Origin: an uncultured Pseudomonadota bacterium
GTDB lineage: Bacteria > Pseudomonadota > Alphaproteobacteria > JACZXZ01
Length of the DNA: 64,000 nucleotides
Direction: 5' to 3'
NCBI GenBank assembly: GCA_963749075.1
Contig: CAVVLJ010000017.1
Location: 1,024,001 to 1,088,000 of the forward strand
Both the position numbers and the translations under genes were made by a program. Positions 51,900-62,267 of this stretch are shown one piece after another (the first letter of the stretch is position 1; each line of letters begins with the position of its first letter). The notes below the pieces were generated by a model. That model worked only from the letters and a program-made list of their open reading frames with translations, ran no database searches and was not told where the DNA came from.

Positions 51900-52799
51900 A
51901 TGGCCGGGCTGGCGCAAGCCGGGGCGGCTCCCTCGCGCGCCCGGCTGGGGATCGGGGCGGGCTCCTGGGCGTGGCTTGGGGTCGCCCCCTTCTTCCTCTT
52001 CGCGTTCTTTTTCCTTCTGCTGCCGACCGGCTTCCTCGTCGTGGGCGGCTTCGAGGACGCGGACGGGCACTTCACCCTCGACAACCTCGCCGGTCTCTTC
52101 CAGCCCACGATCGTCAGTGCCTATTGGATCAGCATCGAGGTGAGCGCCGCCTCGGCGCTCGCAGGTGGTGCGATCGGCTTCTTCCTCGCCCATGCCGCGG
52201 TCCTCGGCGGGCTCCCCCGCTGGCTGCGGCCGCTCGTGATGACGTTCTCGGGCGTCGCCTCCAACTTCGCGGGCCTGCCGCTCGCCTTTGCCTTCCTCGC
52301 CACCCTGGGGCGCACCGGCCTCTTGACCCTCCTCCTCATCAAGTACCTCGACTTCAACATCTACAGCACCGGCTTCAACCTCCTGAGCTTCTGGGGGCTG
52401 GCGCTCACCTACCTCTATTTCCAGATACCGCTCATGGTGCTGATCCTGGCGCCGGCGATGGACGGGCTCAAGCGCGAGTGGCGCGAGGCCTCGGCCATCC
52501 TCGGCGCCAGCGCCTGGCAGTATTGGCGCTACGTGGCGCTTCCCGTGCTGTGGCCGAGCCTGCTCGGCGCCACCCTCCTCCTCTTCGCCAATTCCTTCGG
52601 CGCGGTCGCCACCGCCTACGGGCTCACCGGCAGCTCGCTCAACATCGTCACCATCCTCCTCTACGCGCAAATCCGCGGCGACGTGCTGCATGACGAGAAC
52701 CTCGGCTACGCGCTGGCGCTCGGCATGATCCTCATCACCGGCCTCTCCAACGCCGGCTACATCTGGCTGCGCGCGCGGAGCGAACGGTGGCTGAGATGA
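51900..52799 (+). CDS. ABC transporter permease
   Basis: Multiple TMs; EAA-like loop EASAILGA. Confidence 0.88.
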   Translation: MAGLAQAGAAPSRARLGIGAGSWAWLGVAPFFLFAFFFLLLPTGFLVVGGFEDADGHFTLDNLAGLFQPTIVSAYWISIEVSAASALAGGAIGFFLAHAAVLGGLPRWLRPLVMTFSGVASNFAGLPLAFAFLATLGRTGLLTLLLIKYLDFNIYSTGFNLLSFWGLALTYLYFQIPLMVLILAPAMDGLKREWREASAILGASAWQYWRYVALPVLWPSLLGATLLLFANSFGAVATAYGLTGSSLNIVTILLYAQIRGDVLHDENLGYALALGMILITGLSNAGYIWLRARSERWLR

Positions 52800-53596
52800 G
52801 GTTCGGCAGGCTGGGGCCGTGGCTCGCCATCGCGGTGGGGACGGTCTATTTCCTGGTGCCGCTCATCGGCACCTTCGAGTTCTCGCTGCGCATGCGCCGC
52901 GGGCAATACAGCTTCGATGCCTATCGCGTCGTGCTCGCCGACCCGCAGTTCCAGGCCACCTTCGGCTACTCCACGGTGTTGGCGCTGGCGACGATCGTCA
53001 CGGGCGTGCTCCTCGTGGTGCCGACCGCCTATTGGCTCCAGCTTCGCCTGCCGCGGCTGCGCCCGCTCGTCGAGTTCATCACGCTCCTGCCGCTGGTCAT
53101 CCCGGCGATCGTGCTGGTCTTCGGCTATTTGCGCATCTACAACAGCACCTCGCTGCTGCCGCTCACGGGAAGTGCGCGCTCGACCGACGCGCTCCTCATG
53201 CTGGGCTATGTCACGCTCGCGCTCCCCTATATGTACCGCGCGGTCGATACCGGGCTCAGGGCCATCGACGTGCGCACGCTCACGGAGGCGGCGGAGAGCC
53301 TGGGTGCGGGCTGGCCCACCATCCTCTTCCGCGTGATCTTCCCCAACGTCCGGGCGGCGGTGCTGAGCGGCGCCTTCCTCACCTTTGCCATCGTCATCGG
53401 CGAGTTCACCATGGCGAGCCTGCTCGACCGTCCCGCCTTCGGCCCCTATATGCAGCTCATGGGCGCCAACCGCGCCTACGAGCCCTCGGCACTCGCCATC
53501 ATCGCCTTCATCGTGACCTGGGCCTGCATGGGCCTCATCCAGCTCCTGGCGTTCGGCGCGCGGCAGGGCGGTGCCGCGGCCGCGGACCGGCCCTAG
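52796..53596 (+). CDS. ABC transporter permease
   Basis: Multiple TMs; EAAESLGA loop; ATGA overlap with the previous permease. Confidence 0.88.
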   Translation: MRFGRLGPWLAIAVGTVYFLVPLIGTFEFSLRMRRGQYSFDAYRVVLADPQFQATFGYSTVLALATIVTGVLLVVPTAYWLQLRLPRLRPLVEFITLLPLVIPAIVLVFGYLRIYNSTSLLPLTGSARSTDALLMLGYVTLALPYMYRAVDTGLRAIDVRTLTEAAESLGAGWPTILFRVIFPNVRAAVLSGAFLTFAIVIGEFTMASLLDRPAFGPYMQLMGANRAYEPSALAIIAFIVTWACMGLIQLLAFGARQGGAAAADRP

Positions 53597-53607
53597 ACGG
53601 GGCGGCG

Positions 53608-54693
53608 ATGGCCTTCCTCGAGCTCGATCATCTGCGCAAGTCCTTCGGCGCGCAGAGCGTGGTGGAGAATTTCGCCCTCGCCGTCGAGCGCGGCGAGTTC
53701 GTCTCCTTCCTCGGACCGAGCGGCTGCGGCAAGACCACGACGCTGCGCATGATCGCCGGTTTCGAGGCGCCGAGTGCAGGCCGCATCGTCGTCGACGGGC
53801 GCGACGTGACGCACCTCAGGCCCAACCAGCGCAACGTCGGCATGGTGTTCCAGTCCTACGCCCTCTTCCCCAACATGACGGTGGCCGAGAACGTCGGCTT
53901 CGGGCTCAAGACCGCGGGCCGGCCGGCCGCCGAGATCCGCGCGCGGGTCGAGGAGATGCTGCGGCTCATCAAGCTGCCGGCACTCGCCGGGCGCTATCCC
54001 TATCAGCTTTCGGGCGGCCAGCAGCAGCGCGTGGCCCTCGCGAGGGCGCTTGCGGTGAAGCCGCAGGTCCTGCTGCTCGACGAGCCGCTCTCCGCACTCG
54101 ACGCCAAGATCCGCGTGGCGCTGCGCGAGGAGATCCGCGGCGTGCAGCGCGCGCTCGGCATCACCACCATCTATGTGACGCACGACCAGGAGGAGGCGCT
54201 CTCGATGTCCGACCGCATCGTTGTGCTCAACGAGGGGCGCATCGAGCAGATCGGCCCGCCCTTCGAGATCTACAACTACCCGCGCACGCGCTTCGTCGCC
54301 TCTTTCGTCGGCACGCTCAACATCCTGGGCGGCCGGGTGATCGACGCGGCGGGCGGCCGCATCGCGGTCGACGGCCAGGAGATCGCGGCCGCGCGTGCCA
54401 TCGACGGGGCGCAAAGCGGCGATCTCCGCTCGGTGGCGCTGAGGCCGGAGGCGGTGACGCTGGACGACGGGCGCCCGGACGCGGCCGGCCGGCGCAACCG
54501 CATGCAGGGCACCATCGAGGAGGTGAGCTTCCTCGGCTCGGTCGTGCGCATCCGCGTGCGCTTCAAGGAGAACGCGATCTCCCTCGACACCTTCAACAAC
54601 CCGAGCGCGCCACCGCCCGAGCGCGGCTCCTTGGTGACGCTCGGCTTCGCGCGCGAGGATCTGCTCGTGCTCGAGGGCGCCGAGCCCGGCTGA
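53608..54693 (+). CDS. ABC transporter ATP-binding protein (PotA-like, TOBE domain)
   Basis: GPSGCGKT, LSGGQQQR, LLLDEP and VTHDQEEA. Confidence 0.92.
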   Translation: MAFLELDHLRKSFGAQSVVENFALAVERGEFVSFLGPSGCGKTTTLRMIAGFEAPSAGRIVVDGRDVTHLRPNQRNVGMVFQSYALFPNMTVAENVGFGLKTAGRPAAEIRARVEEMLRLIKLPALAGRYPYQLSGGQQQRVALARALAVKPQVLLLDEPLSALDAKIRVALREEIRGVQRALGITTIYVTHDQEEALSMSDRIVVLNEGRIEQIGPPFEIYNYPRTRFVASFVGTLNILGGRVIDAAGGRIAVDGQEIAAARAIDGAQSGDLRSVALRPEAVTLDDGRPDAAGRRNRMQGTIEEVSFLGSVVRIRVRFKENAISLDTFNNPSAPPPERGSLVTLGFAREDLLVLEGAEPG

Positions 54694-54699
54694 GCCGCC

Positions 54700-55449
54700 G
54701 TGAGCATCGCCGGCATCGTCTTCGACAAGGACGGCACGCTCCTCGATTACGCGGCGAGCTGGCAGCCGATCAACCGGCGCGCCGCAGCCCTCGCCGCAGG
54801 CGAGGACGCCCGCCTCGCCGAGCGGCTGCTGCGCCTGGGCGGCGCCGATCCCGCAAGCGGGCGCGTGAGCCCCGACAGCGTGCTCGCCGCCGGCAACACC
54901 GCCGAGATCGCCGCCGCTTGGGTCGCGGCGGGTGCCAGGCTCTCCGCCGCGGCGCTGACCGTAGCACTCGACCGCCTCTTCAGCGCGGCGGCACCCGAGG
55001 TGGTGCCGGTCACCGATCTCGCCGCCCTCTTCCGCCGCCTGCGCGGACGCGGCTTGCGCCTCGGCGTCGCCTCGAGCGACAACGAGACCTCGATCCGCCT
55101 CACGGCGGAGCGCTTCGGCATCGCGACACTGGTCGACTTCGTGGCCGGCTACGACAGCGGCTTCGGCAGCAAGCCCGGTCCCGGCATGATCGAAGGATTC
55201 TGCCGCGCGACCGGCCTCGCGGCGCGGCAAATAGCCGTGGTCGGCGACAATGCGCACGACCTCCTCATGGGGCGCGCTGCGGGTGCGGGCCGGATCATCG
55301 GCGTGCTCACCGGCACGGGCACGTACGAGACGCTCGCCCCGCTCGCCGATCTCTGCCTCGCGAGCATCGAGGGCCTTGAGGCGGCGCTCTTCCCTCTACC
55401 GGCGGCGTCAGCCGCGCGGGCCGGCCCGGCAGAGACGGAGAGGCGATGA
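54700..55449 (+). CDS. HAD-family hydrolase/phosphatase
   Basis: FDKDGTL, KPGP and VGDN--D motifs. Confidence 0.88.
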   Translation: MSIAGIVFDKDGTLLDYAASWQPINRRAAALAAGEDARLAERLLRLGGADPASGRVSPDSVLAAGNTAEIAAAWVAAGARLSAAALTVALDRLFSAAAPEVVPVTDLAALFRRLRGRGLRLGVASSDNETSIRLTAERFGIATLVDFVAGYDSGFGSKPGPGMIEGFCRATGLAARQIAVVGDNAHDLLMGRAAGAGRIIGVLTGTGTYETLAPLADLCLASIEGLEAALFPLPAASAARAGPAETERR

Positions 55450-55632
55450 GCGATCCGGCGCGCAGCGGCAGGGCCTGCGCGAGCGTGACGACAAGTGGAA
55501 GAGCGTGAGCAAGCGGATTCTCCGCTGCGCCGGACGCCCTTGTCCCTAAGGCCGAATTGGGGCATCAATTCACGAAATGCCCGATCAGCCGGGAAATGTC
55601 CGCTGAGCAGCCTTGTCGAATTGGTGCTAACA

Positions 55633-56701
55633 ATGGGCGAGCCCGTGTTCGGTCAGAAGAAGCTCGACGCGCTCCGCGCAAAATATGCCGAGGCCAAGGG
55701 GAGCGACGTCTTCGATCCCGAATTCAAGAAGGTCGTCTCCCTCGTCTTCAAGAGCCGGGAGCGGCGCAAGCTGCCCTATAGCGACGTCTCGACCTTCCTC
55801 GACGCACCCTATCGACCGGAAGCGCCGGAGCAGCCGGATTTCGGCGGGCTCGACGTGGCGCTCCTCGGCGTGCCGATGGATCTCGGCGTCACCAACCGCG
55901 CGGGCGCTCGGCTCGGGCCGCGGGCCGTGCGCGCCGTCGAGCGCATCGGTCCCTACAACCATGCGCTCAAGGTGGTGCCCCTGGCTGAATGCCGCGCCGG
56001 CGATATCGGCGACGTGCCGATGCGCTCGCGCTTCAGCCTGGAGAGCTGCATCGAGGACATTGCCGAGTATTACGCGCGTATCTCAGCGGCGGGGGTGCGG
56101 GCGCTCTCCGTCGGCGGTGACCACTCCATCACCTATCCGATCCTGAAGGCGCTCGGTCGCAAGCGGCCCGTCGGCCTCGTCCATATCGATGCCCATTGCG
56201 ACACCGGCGGCGAATATGACGGCTCGAAGTTCAACCATGGCGGCCCCTTCCGCTTGGCCGTCCTCGACGGCGCGCTCGACCCGGAGCGCACGATCCAGAT
56301 CGGCATCCGCGGCCCCGCGGAGTTCCTCTGGGAGTTCTCTTACGAGTCCGGCATGACCGTGATCCACATCGAGGATGTGGCGCGCCTGGGAATCGAGGGC
56401 GTGATCGCGAAGGCACTCGAGGTGGTCGGCGGCGGGCCAACCTACATCTCCTTCGACGTGGACGGGCTCGACCCCGCGTTCGCGCCCGGCACCGGCACGC
56501 CAGAGGCGGGCGGGCTGACCCCGCGCGAGGCGCAGCAGAATCCTCCATGGCCTCAAGGGCATCGACGTCATTGGCGGCGACGTCGTCGAGGTGGCGCCCC
56601 CCTACGATCCGACCACCAACACCGCCATGGTCGGCGCGCAAATGCTGTTCGAGATTTTCTCGCTGATGGTGCTAGGCCGGAACTTCAAGCGCCGCAGCTG
56701 A
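55633..56701 (+). pseudogene. Agmatinase/ureohydrolase with a +1 frameshift near 56539 (possibly a sequence error)
   Basis: GGDHS, DAHCD and SFDVDGLDP metal motifs; C-terminal GGDVVEVAPPYD lies in another frame; span is 3n+1. Confidence 0.8.
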
Positions 56702-56805
56702 CCGCGCGAGCGCCGCCGCCTGGCAAGCAGCGCGCCTTACGAATGGCTCCCCCGATGGGGCTCGAGGCCGGCGCCCGCCACCAGGCGGCCGCAGGCGGCA
56801 TCGCG

Positions 56806-57237
56806 TCACCGACGGCCGGGGACGGCCTGCCACGGTGTCCGGCAGCTTGCCACATAGGGGTAATAGCCCGGCGGATTGGCGCAGTGGTAATAGGTCGAGT
56901 TTGCCGGCGGTGCCGCGGCAACGACGGCCGGCGGCACATAGGGGTTGGGATAGGGATAGACCGGCGCTGCATAGGAGTACCACAGGCCGCCGACCAGCCA
57001 CCACCAGGCGAAGCGGCCGTCGTGCCAGCCGTGATACCAGTGACCCGCGCGCCAGTGATGCCAGTCATAGCCGTGAAAGCGATGGATATCGCCATGCCGG
57101 CGCCAGTGCGGCTCGTACGCGTTGGCAGGAGAGCCGCTCGCCGCGAACACTGCCGCTGCGGCGAACGCGGCAAAAGCCAAGGACCGCAGGGTCCGCGCAC
57201 TCCTTCTCTTGCTTCGCACAAGAGTCCCGATCGACAT
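56806..57237 (-). CDS. Secreted His/Trp/Tyr/Pro-rich hypothetical protein
   Basis: Signal peptide ending ANA; aromatic-rich tract; C-terminal YYHC-NP-GYYPYV--C---W motif. Confidence 0.7.
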   Translation of the reverse strand: MSIGTLVRSKRRSARTLRSLAFAAFAAAAVFAASGSPANAYEPHWRRHGDIHRFHGYDWHHWRAGHWYHGWHDGRFAWWWLVGGLWYSYAAPVYPYPNPYVPPAVVAAAPPANSTYYHCANPPGYYPYVASCRTPWQAVPGRR

Positions 57238-57494
57238 TGCAGCCACTCCGTTGATCCAAAGTCCGACGGCCAACTTGCTTATGGAACGCAAGAGCCGCGA
57301 ACTTCCTGCGCAGGATATGGCGCCGGGTTTCCCCTCCCGGCGCGCGGCGCGGCGCTTGTCACGAAATGATCACGGCGCCGCTGCCGGCAGCGCCAGCCGG
57401 TGCCGCGATTCCCGCGTGAGGTTTTTCCGGCTTCGTCCTATACATGGCGTCCGCGCGCCGGGTGCTGCGCGCGGGGAGGGAGACGGTGCGAGCC

Positions 57495-58439
57495 ATGTCG
57501 GTCGAAATCCTGGCCATGGGCGAGGCCATGGTCGAGTTCAATGCCAGCGGCCCGGTCGGAGAGGGAGCACGCTACGTCCAGGGCTGCGGCGGCGATACCT
57601 CCAATGCGGCGATCGCCGCGGCGCGCCAGGGTGCGCGCGCCGGCTATCTCAGCGCCGTGGGCGCCGATCTCTTCGGCGAGTCGCTCCTCGAGCTGTGGCG
57701 GCGCGAGGGCGTGGATACGAGTGCCGTCAAGTGCTGCGCCGAGGCGCCGACCGGCATCTATTTCGTGACGCACGGCAAGGAGGGCCACAGCTTCACCTAT
57801 TACCGCGCCGGCTCGGCGGCGAGCCGCATCTCGCCCGCCAACGTCCCCGAGCCGGCGATCGCCGCGGCCAAGATCTTCCACGTCTCCGCGATCAGCCAGG
57901 CGATCAGCGCCAGCGCCGAAGCCGCGGTCGCCCATGCCATGGCGTGCGCGCGGCGGCATGGCGTGGCGGTCTCCTACGACACCAACCTGCGCTTGAAGCT
58001 GTGGCCGCTCGAGCGGGCGCGGACCGCCATCCACGCGGCGATCGCCGCGGCGGACATAGCACTCCCCAGCCTCGAGGACGCGCGGCTCCTGACCGGGCTC
58101 GACGAGCCCGACGCCATCGTCGACTTCTATCTCGCTCTCGGCGCACCCCTCGTCGCCCTCAAGATGGGCGAGGCGGGTTGCCTCGTCGCCACGCGCGACC
58201 GCCGCCGGCGCATCCCCGGCCACCGGGTCGCGGCAGTCGATGCCACCGGAGCCGGCGACACCTTCGCGGGCGCCTTCCTCGCCCGCCTCGCCGGCGGCGA
58301 CGATCCGCTGCGCGCCGCCACCTACGCGAACGCGGCCGCCGCCCTCTCGACCACCGGCTACGGCGCCGTCGACCCCATTCCCACGCGCGCGCAGGTGAAG
58401 CGACTGCTCGCCGACGCCGACTCGCACGCCGCGAGCTGA
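57495..58439 (+). CDS. kdgK: 2-dehydro-3-deoxygluconokinase (PfkB family)
   Basis: [16 protein letters not shown] and DATGAGDTF; adjacent to eda. Confidence 0.85.
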   Translation: MSVEILAMGEAMVEFNASGPVGEGARYVQGCGGDTSNAAIAAARQGARAGYLSAVGADLFGESLLELWRREGVDTSAVKCCAEAPTGIYFVTHGKEGHSFTYYRAGSAASRISPANVPEPAIAAAKIFHVSAISQAISASAEAAVAHAMACARRHGVAVSYDTNLRLKLWPLERARTAIHAAIAAADIALPSLEDARLLTGLDEPDAIVDFYLALGAPLVALKMGEAGCLVATRDRRRRIPGHRVAAVDATGAGDTFAGAFLARLAGGDDPLRAATYANAAAALSTTGYGAVDPIPTRAQVKRLLADADSHAAS

Positions 58440-58450
58440 GGAGGCCCGAG

Positions 58451-59116
58451 ATGAGCGCCGACGCCGCTCCCCAATCCCCGGAGATCGCCGCCATCCTCGC
58501 GCGGGCACCCGTCGTCCCGGTGCTCACGGTCGAGGAGCGCCGGAGCGCTGTGGCGCTCGCACGCGCGCTCGTCGCGGGCGGCCTCAACGTCCTCGAGATC
58601 ACGCTCAGGACCGCGGGTGCCTTGGAGGCCGCACGCGCCATCATGGCGGAGGTCGAGGGTGCCGTGGTCGGCATCGGCACCGTGCTCAGCGAGGCCGACA
58701 TGCGCGCCTCTAGCAAGGCCGGCGCGCGCTTCGCCGTGAGCCCGGGCGCCACGCCGCGGCTCCTCGAGAGCGCTGCCGCAGCCGGCATGCCGTACCTGCC
58801 CGGTGCGGCGACCGCGTCCGAGATCACGGTGCTCCTCGAGCGGCGCTACACGCACCTCAAATTCTTTCCGGCCGAAACGCTCGGCGGCATCGCGGCGCTC
58901 AAGGCGCTCTCGGCACCCTTCCGCCAGGTGCGCTTCTGCCCGACGGGAGGCATCGACGCCGCCAAGGCGAAAGCCTATCTGGCGCTCGATTGCGTGGCCG
59001 CGGTGGGCGGCTCATGGGTGGCGCCGGCGGACCGCATCGCCGCCGGCGACTGGGCGGCCATCACGCGCCTGGCACGCGAGGCGGCCGGCCTCGGGCGCAA
59101 GGTCATGATGGCCTGA
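58451..59116 (+). CDS. eda: KDPG/KHG aldolase
   Basis: EITLRT, GTV, FAVSPG, KFFPA and FCPTGGI. Confidence 0.93.
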   Translation: MSADAAPQSPEIAAILARAPVVPVLTVEERRSAVALARALVAGGLNVLEITLRTAGALEAARAIMAEVEGAVVGIGTVLSEADMRASSKAGARFAVSPGATPRLLESAAAAGMPYLPGAATASEITVLLERRYTHLKFFPAETLGGIAALKALSAPFRQVRFCPTGGIDAAKAKAYLALDCVAAVGGSWVAPADRIAAGDWAAITRLAREAAGLGRKVMMA

Positions 59117-59717
59117 GCGCTGCGAGGAAGGCGGCCGCCGCCGCCGCGTCTTCCGCGGCCATGATGCCGCCCATCACCGCAATCCCCGCGGCACCCGCGG
59201 CCAGGACGCTCGGCGCATTCCCGGGCGTCACGCCGCCGAGCGCCAGGATGGGCACGGAGGTCTCCCGGGCGGCGGCGGCAAGCGCCGCGCAGCCAAGGGG
59301 TGGGCCATAGCCCGGCTTGCTCGGCGAGGCGAAGATCGGGCTCAGCGTCACGTAATCGGCGCCCGCCCGCGCCGCCGCGGCGACCTCCGTCGGTGTATGG
59401 CAGGAGATGCCGATCAAGGTTTGCGCGCCGAGCCTTTGCCGCGCCGCGGCAAGCGAGCCCTTCGCCGGGAGATGCAGTCCGGCCCCTGCAGCGGCGGCGG
59501 CGTCCGCGTCCTCGTGCACCGACACCGCGGCGCCGTAGGGCCGCGCGAGCGCCACGAGCTCGCGCAGCAGGGCAAGGCGCTCCTTGGGCGCCAGGTCCTT
59601 CTCGCGCAGGCTCACCCAGCGGCAGCCTGCCGCGAAGGCCGAGGCTATGACCTCCGCCAGCGGCCGCTGCACCTGGCGGCGGTCGCTGATGAGGAGGAGC
59701 GGCGGCTGCGGCAGCAT
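59103..59717 (-). CDS. thiE: Thiamine-phosphate synthase (ThiE/TenI family)
   Basis: LREKD, G-SCH, ADY--LSPIF-S-SK and ALGGV; last gene of the thi operon. Confidence 0.8.
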   Translation of the reverse strand: MLPQPPLLLISDRRQVQRPLAEVIASAFAAGCRWVSLREKDLAPKERLALLRELVALARPYGAAVSVHEDADAAAAAGAGLHLPAKGSLAAARQRLGAQTLIGISCHTPTEVAAAARAGADYVTLSPIFASPSKPGYGPPLGCAALAAAARETSVPILALGGVTPGNAPSVLAAGAAGIAVMGGIMAAEDAAAAAAFLAALRPS

Positions 59718-60511
59718 CACGTGCCGATGAGGCCGAGCTCCGGGCTCGAGGGGTCGGCGTGGCGCCGCGTTGGCATGCGTCCGGCGCGCCGCGCCTCCGC
59801 TCCCGCCTCGACCGCCGCGCGCATGGCACGGGCCATGCGCAGCGGGTCGCGCGCCTTGGCGATCGCCGAATTGACGAGCACGCCGGCGCAGCCGAGCTCG
59901 AGGGCGAGGGCCGCGTCGGAGGCCGTGCCGATGCCGGCGTCGAGGATCACCGGCACCGGGCTGCGCGCGGCGATGAGCTCGATGGCAAAGGGATTGCGGA
60001 TGCCGAGCCCGGAGCCGATGGGGGCGCCGAGCGGCATCACCGCGGCGCAGCCCACATCGGCGAGTTTGCGGCAGGTCACGGGATCGTCGTTGCAATAGGG
60101 CAGCACCACGAAGCCTTGGCCGGCGAGCCTGGCGGCCGCCTCCACGAGGAGCGCCACGTCGGGGTAGAGCGTTTCGCGGTCGCCGATGAGCTCGAGCTTG
60201 ACCCAGTTGGTCGCGAGCGCCTCGCGCGCGAGCTCGGCGGTGAGCACGGCATCGCGCACCGTGGCACAGCCCGCCGTATTGGGCAGCAGCCTGAGCTCGC
60301 CGCCGAGGAGATCGACCATGCTCTCGGCGTAGCCCTCGAGGCTGATGCGGCGGATGGAGACGGTGGCGATCGCGGCCCCGCTCGCCGCAATGGCGTCGAG
60401 CATGATCTGGCGATTGGGATAGCCGCCCGTGCCGACGAGGAGCCGCGAGGCGATGCGCTGGCCGGCGATGACGAGCCCGTCCTCGGATGGCGCGCGCGTG
60501 CTTTCTTCCAT
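59717..60511 (-). CDS. thiG: Thiazole synthase
   Basis: [24 protein letters not shown] and DAGIG--SDA. Confidence 0.96.
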   Translation of the reverse strand: MEESTRAPSEDGLVIAGQRIASRLLVGTGGYPNRQIMLDAIAASGAAIATVSIRRISLEGYAESMVDLLGGELRLLPNTAGCATVRDAVLTAELAREALATNWVKLELIGDRETLYPDVALLVEAAARLAGQGFVVLPYCNDDPVTCRKLADVGCAAVMPLGAPIGSGLGIRNPFAIELIAARSPVPVILDAGIGTASDAALALELGCAGVLVNSAIAKARDPLRMARAMRAAVEAGAEARRAGRMPTRRHADPSSPELGLIGT

Positions 60512-60523
60512 GGCGGAGCCTCC

Positions 60524-60733
60524 TCAGCCGCCGCGGCTCGGCCGCACGATCTCGACCGCGTCGCCGGGAGCGAGCGCCTGCTCCGGCCAACGGGCGCGGG
60601 GTACCACGGCGCCGTTGAGCGCCACGGCTACGCCGCGGGCCGCCGCATCGACGCCGGCCTCGCGCAGCAGTGCCGCGAGGTTCGCCGCCTCGAGCGGGCG
60701 GCGCTCGCCATTGACGCGGATCGTGGCGCTCAT
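60524..60733 (-). CDS. thiS: Sulfur carrier protein ThiS
   Basis: VNGE, VAVALNG-VVPR--W and C-terminal GG; lies between thiO and thiG. Confidence 0.93.
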   Translation of the reverse strand: MSATIRVNGERRPLEAANLAALLREAGVDAAARGVAVALNGAVVPRARWPEQALAPGDAVEIVRPSRGG

Positions 60734-61950
60734 CGCAGCTCTCCGCTCACGAGGGGCGAAGCCGGGCGGCCGCCGGCAAAGCGCGCGATCCCGAAGCCGG
60801 CGATCGCCGGATCCAGCTCGCCCGTGAGGATGAAGCGGCTCACGGTCGCGACGGTGATCGGCGTGAGCAAGATGCCGTTGCGGTGATGGCCGGTCGCCAG
60901 CACGAGCCCCTCCACCTCGGTCGGCCCGAGGATGGGGGCATCGTCGCGCGAGCCCGGCCTGAAGCCCGTCCACATCTCGGCGATGGGGAGCTCCTCGATC
61001 GCGGGCAGCGCGCGCCAGGCCGCCTCGAGGAGCGAGAGCACGCCGCCCGCGGTGAGCGAGGCGTCGAAGCCGCGCTCCTCGACGGTGGCGCCGATGATGA
61101 GACGGCCGTCGGAGCGCGGCACGAGATAGATCCGGGGCGCCCACAAGACGTGGCTGAGGAGCGGCCTCGGCACCTCCATGCGCAGCGCCAGCATCTGGCC
61201 CTTGACCGGGCGCACCGGGAGCGAAAGCGTCGCGGGCAGGCCGGCGATGCCGCGCGACCAGGCGCCGGCCGCGAGCACCACCACGTCGGCCTCGGAGAGC
61301 GCTCCCGCGACGCGGAGGCCGCGCACCCGCCCATGGGCGATCTCGATCGCCTCGACGGGTGCGCGCTCGTGGAGGCGGCCGCCCGCGGCTTTGAAGCCGG
61401 CGAGGAGTGCTTCGACGACGAGGCGGTTGTCGACCTGGTGGTCGTCGGGGCTGAAGACGGCGCCGAGCACGGCGGGATGGAGATGGGGCTCCCGGCGCAG
61501 CACCTCGCGGCCCTCGAGCCATTCGAGCCGGACGCCGAGCGCCTGCTGGAACTCGAAGCTGAGGCGCTGCTCGGCGAGGGCATCGCGGTTGAGCGCCACG
61601 AGGAGCGTACCCTCGCTGCGATAGCCAACCGCGCGGCCGCTCGCCTGCTCGAGCAGCCTTGCGAAACCAGGCCACAGGGCTTGACTTCTGCGATTGAGGG
61701 AGAGCAGGCGCTCCTCGCCCGGCTCGGCCTCGAGCCCGGCCGCGAGCATGCCCGCCGCCGCCCAGCTGGCGCCGCGGCCGGCCGCGTGGCGCTCGAAGAG
61801 CTCGACCGCAGCACCTGCCTGGGCCAGGCGCCAGCCGATGCCAAGCCCGATGACGCCGCCGCCGACGATGGCGACGCGCGGCAGCGCGCCGGCGCGGGCG
61901 GCGGAGGGGCCGCTGCGACGAAGACGCATTTGCGATGGAAGATCGCTCAT
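60730..61950 (-). CDS. thiO: Glycine oxidase
   Basis: GGGVIG, ASWAAAGML, PVKGQ and GHHRNGILL-P. Confidence 0.93.
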   Translation of the reverse strand: MSDLPSQMRLRRSGPSAARAGALPRVAIVGGGVIGLGIGWRLAQAGAAVELFERHAAGRGASWAAAGMLAAGLEAEPGEERLLSLNRRSQALWPGFARLLEQASGRAVGYRSEGTLLVALNRDALAEQRLSFEFQQALGVRLEWLEGREVLRREPHLHPAVLGAVFSPDDHQVDNRLVVEALLAGFKAAGGRLHERAPVEAIEIAHGRVRGLRVAGALSEADVVVLAAGAWSRGIAGLPATLSLPVRPVKGQMLALRMEVPRPLLSHVLWAPRIYLVPRSDGRLIIGATVEERGFDASLTAGGVLSLLEAAWRALPAIEELPIAEMWTGFRPGSRDDAPILGPTEVEGLVLATGHHRNGILLTPITVATVSRFILTGELDPAIAGFGIARFAGGRPASPLVSGELR

Positions 61951-61954
61951 CGGC

Positions 61955-62040
61955 AGGCTCCCTGCGCTGGTATTACCCAGGTCAAGTTCAGTGGGTGTGA
62001 TCTCAGCCGGCACGCCCAAGGCGAACCAGCACCCCAGCCC
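61955..62040 (-). ncRNA. TPP riboswitch (THI box)
   Basis: Minus strand GGGGTG...CTGAGA...ACCC..TGAAC.TGA.CTGGGTAATACCAGCG.AGGGA directly upstream of thiO. Confidence 0.93.
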
Positions 62041-62190
62041 GATGTCTTTTATACTCGCCCTCCCCGGCGGCGAGGCAAGGAAATAAGACCGGCCCCGAAG
62101 CGGCCGCGCCGGGAACGGAGAATTGTGAGGAAATTTAATGGGTTATGCCGCTGCGGGGCGCAATCGGCGGGCGCCCCCGGCGGCGGCGGG

Positions 62191-62237
62191 AAACAAACAG
62201 AACCGGGCCGCCGCAGGGCGCAGCGACGGCCCGGTTC
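62191..62237 (-). terminator. Rho-independent terminator of the PG-binding protein gene
   Basis: Stem GAACCGGGCCG/CGGCCCGGTTC followed by TGTTTGTTT on the minus strand. Confidence 0.65.
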
Positions 62238-62267
62238 CAAAAGGCAATAAGGCTATGCGCGCCGGGC

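Noticed and set aside
55495-57369. 624-aa extended agmatinase fusion
   Set aside because: The extension is an artefact of the +1 frameshift reading through the antisense of the next gene
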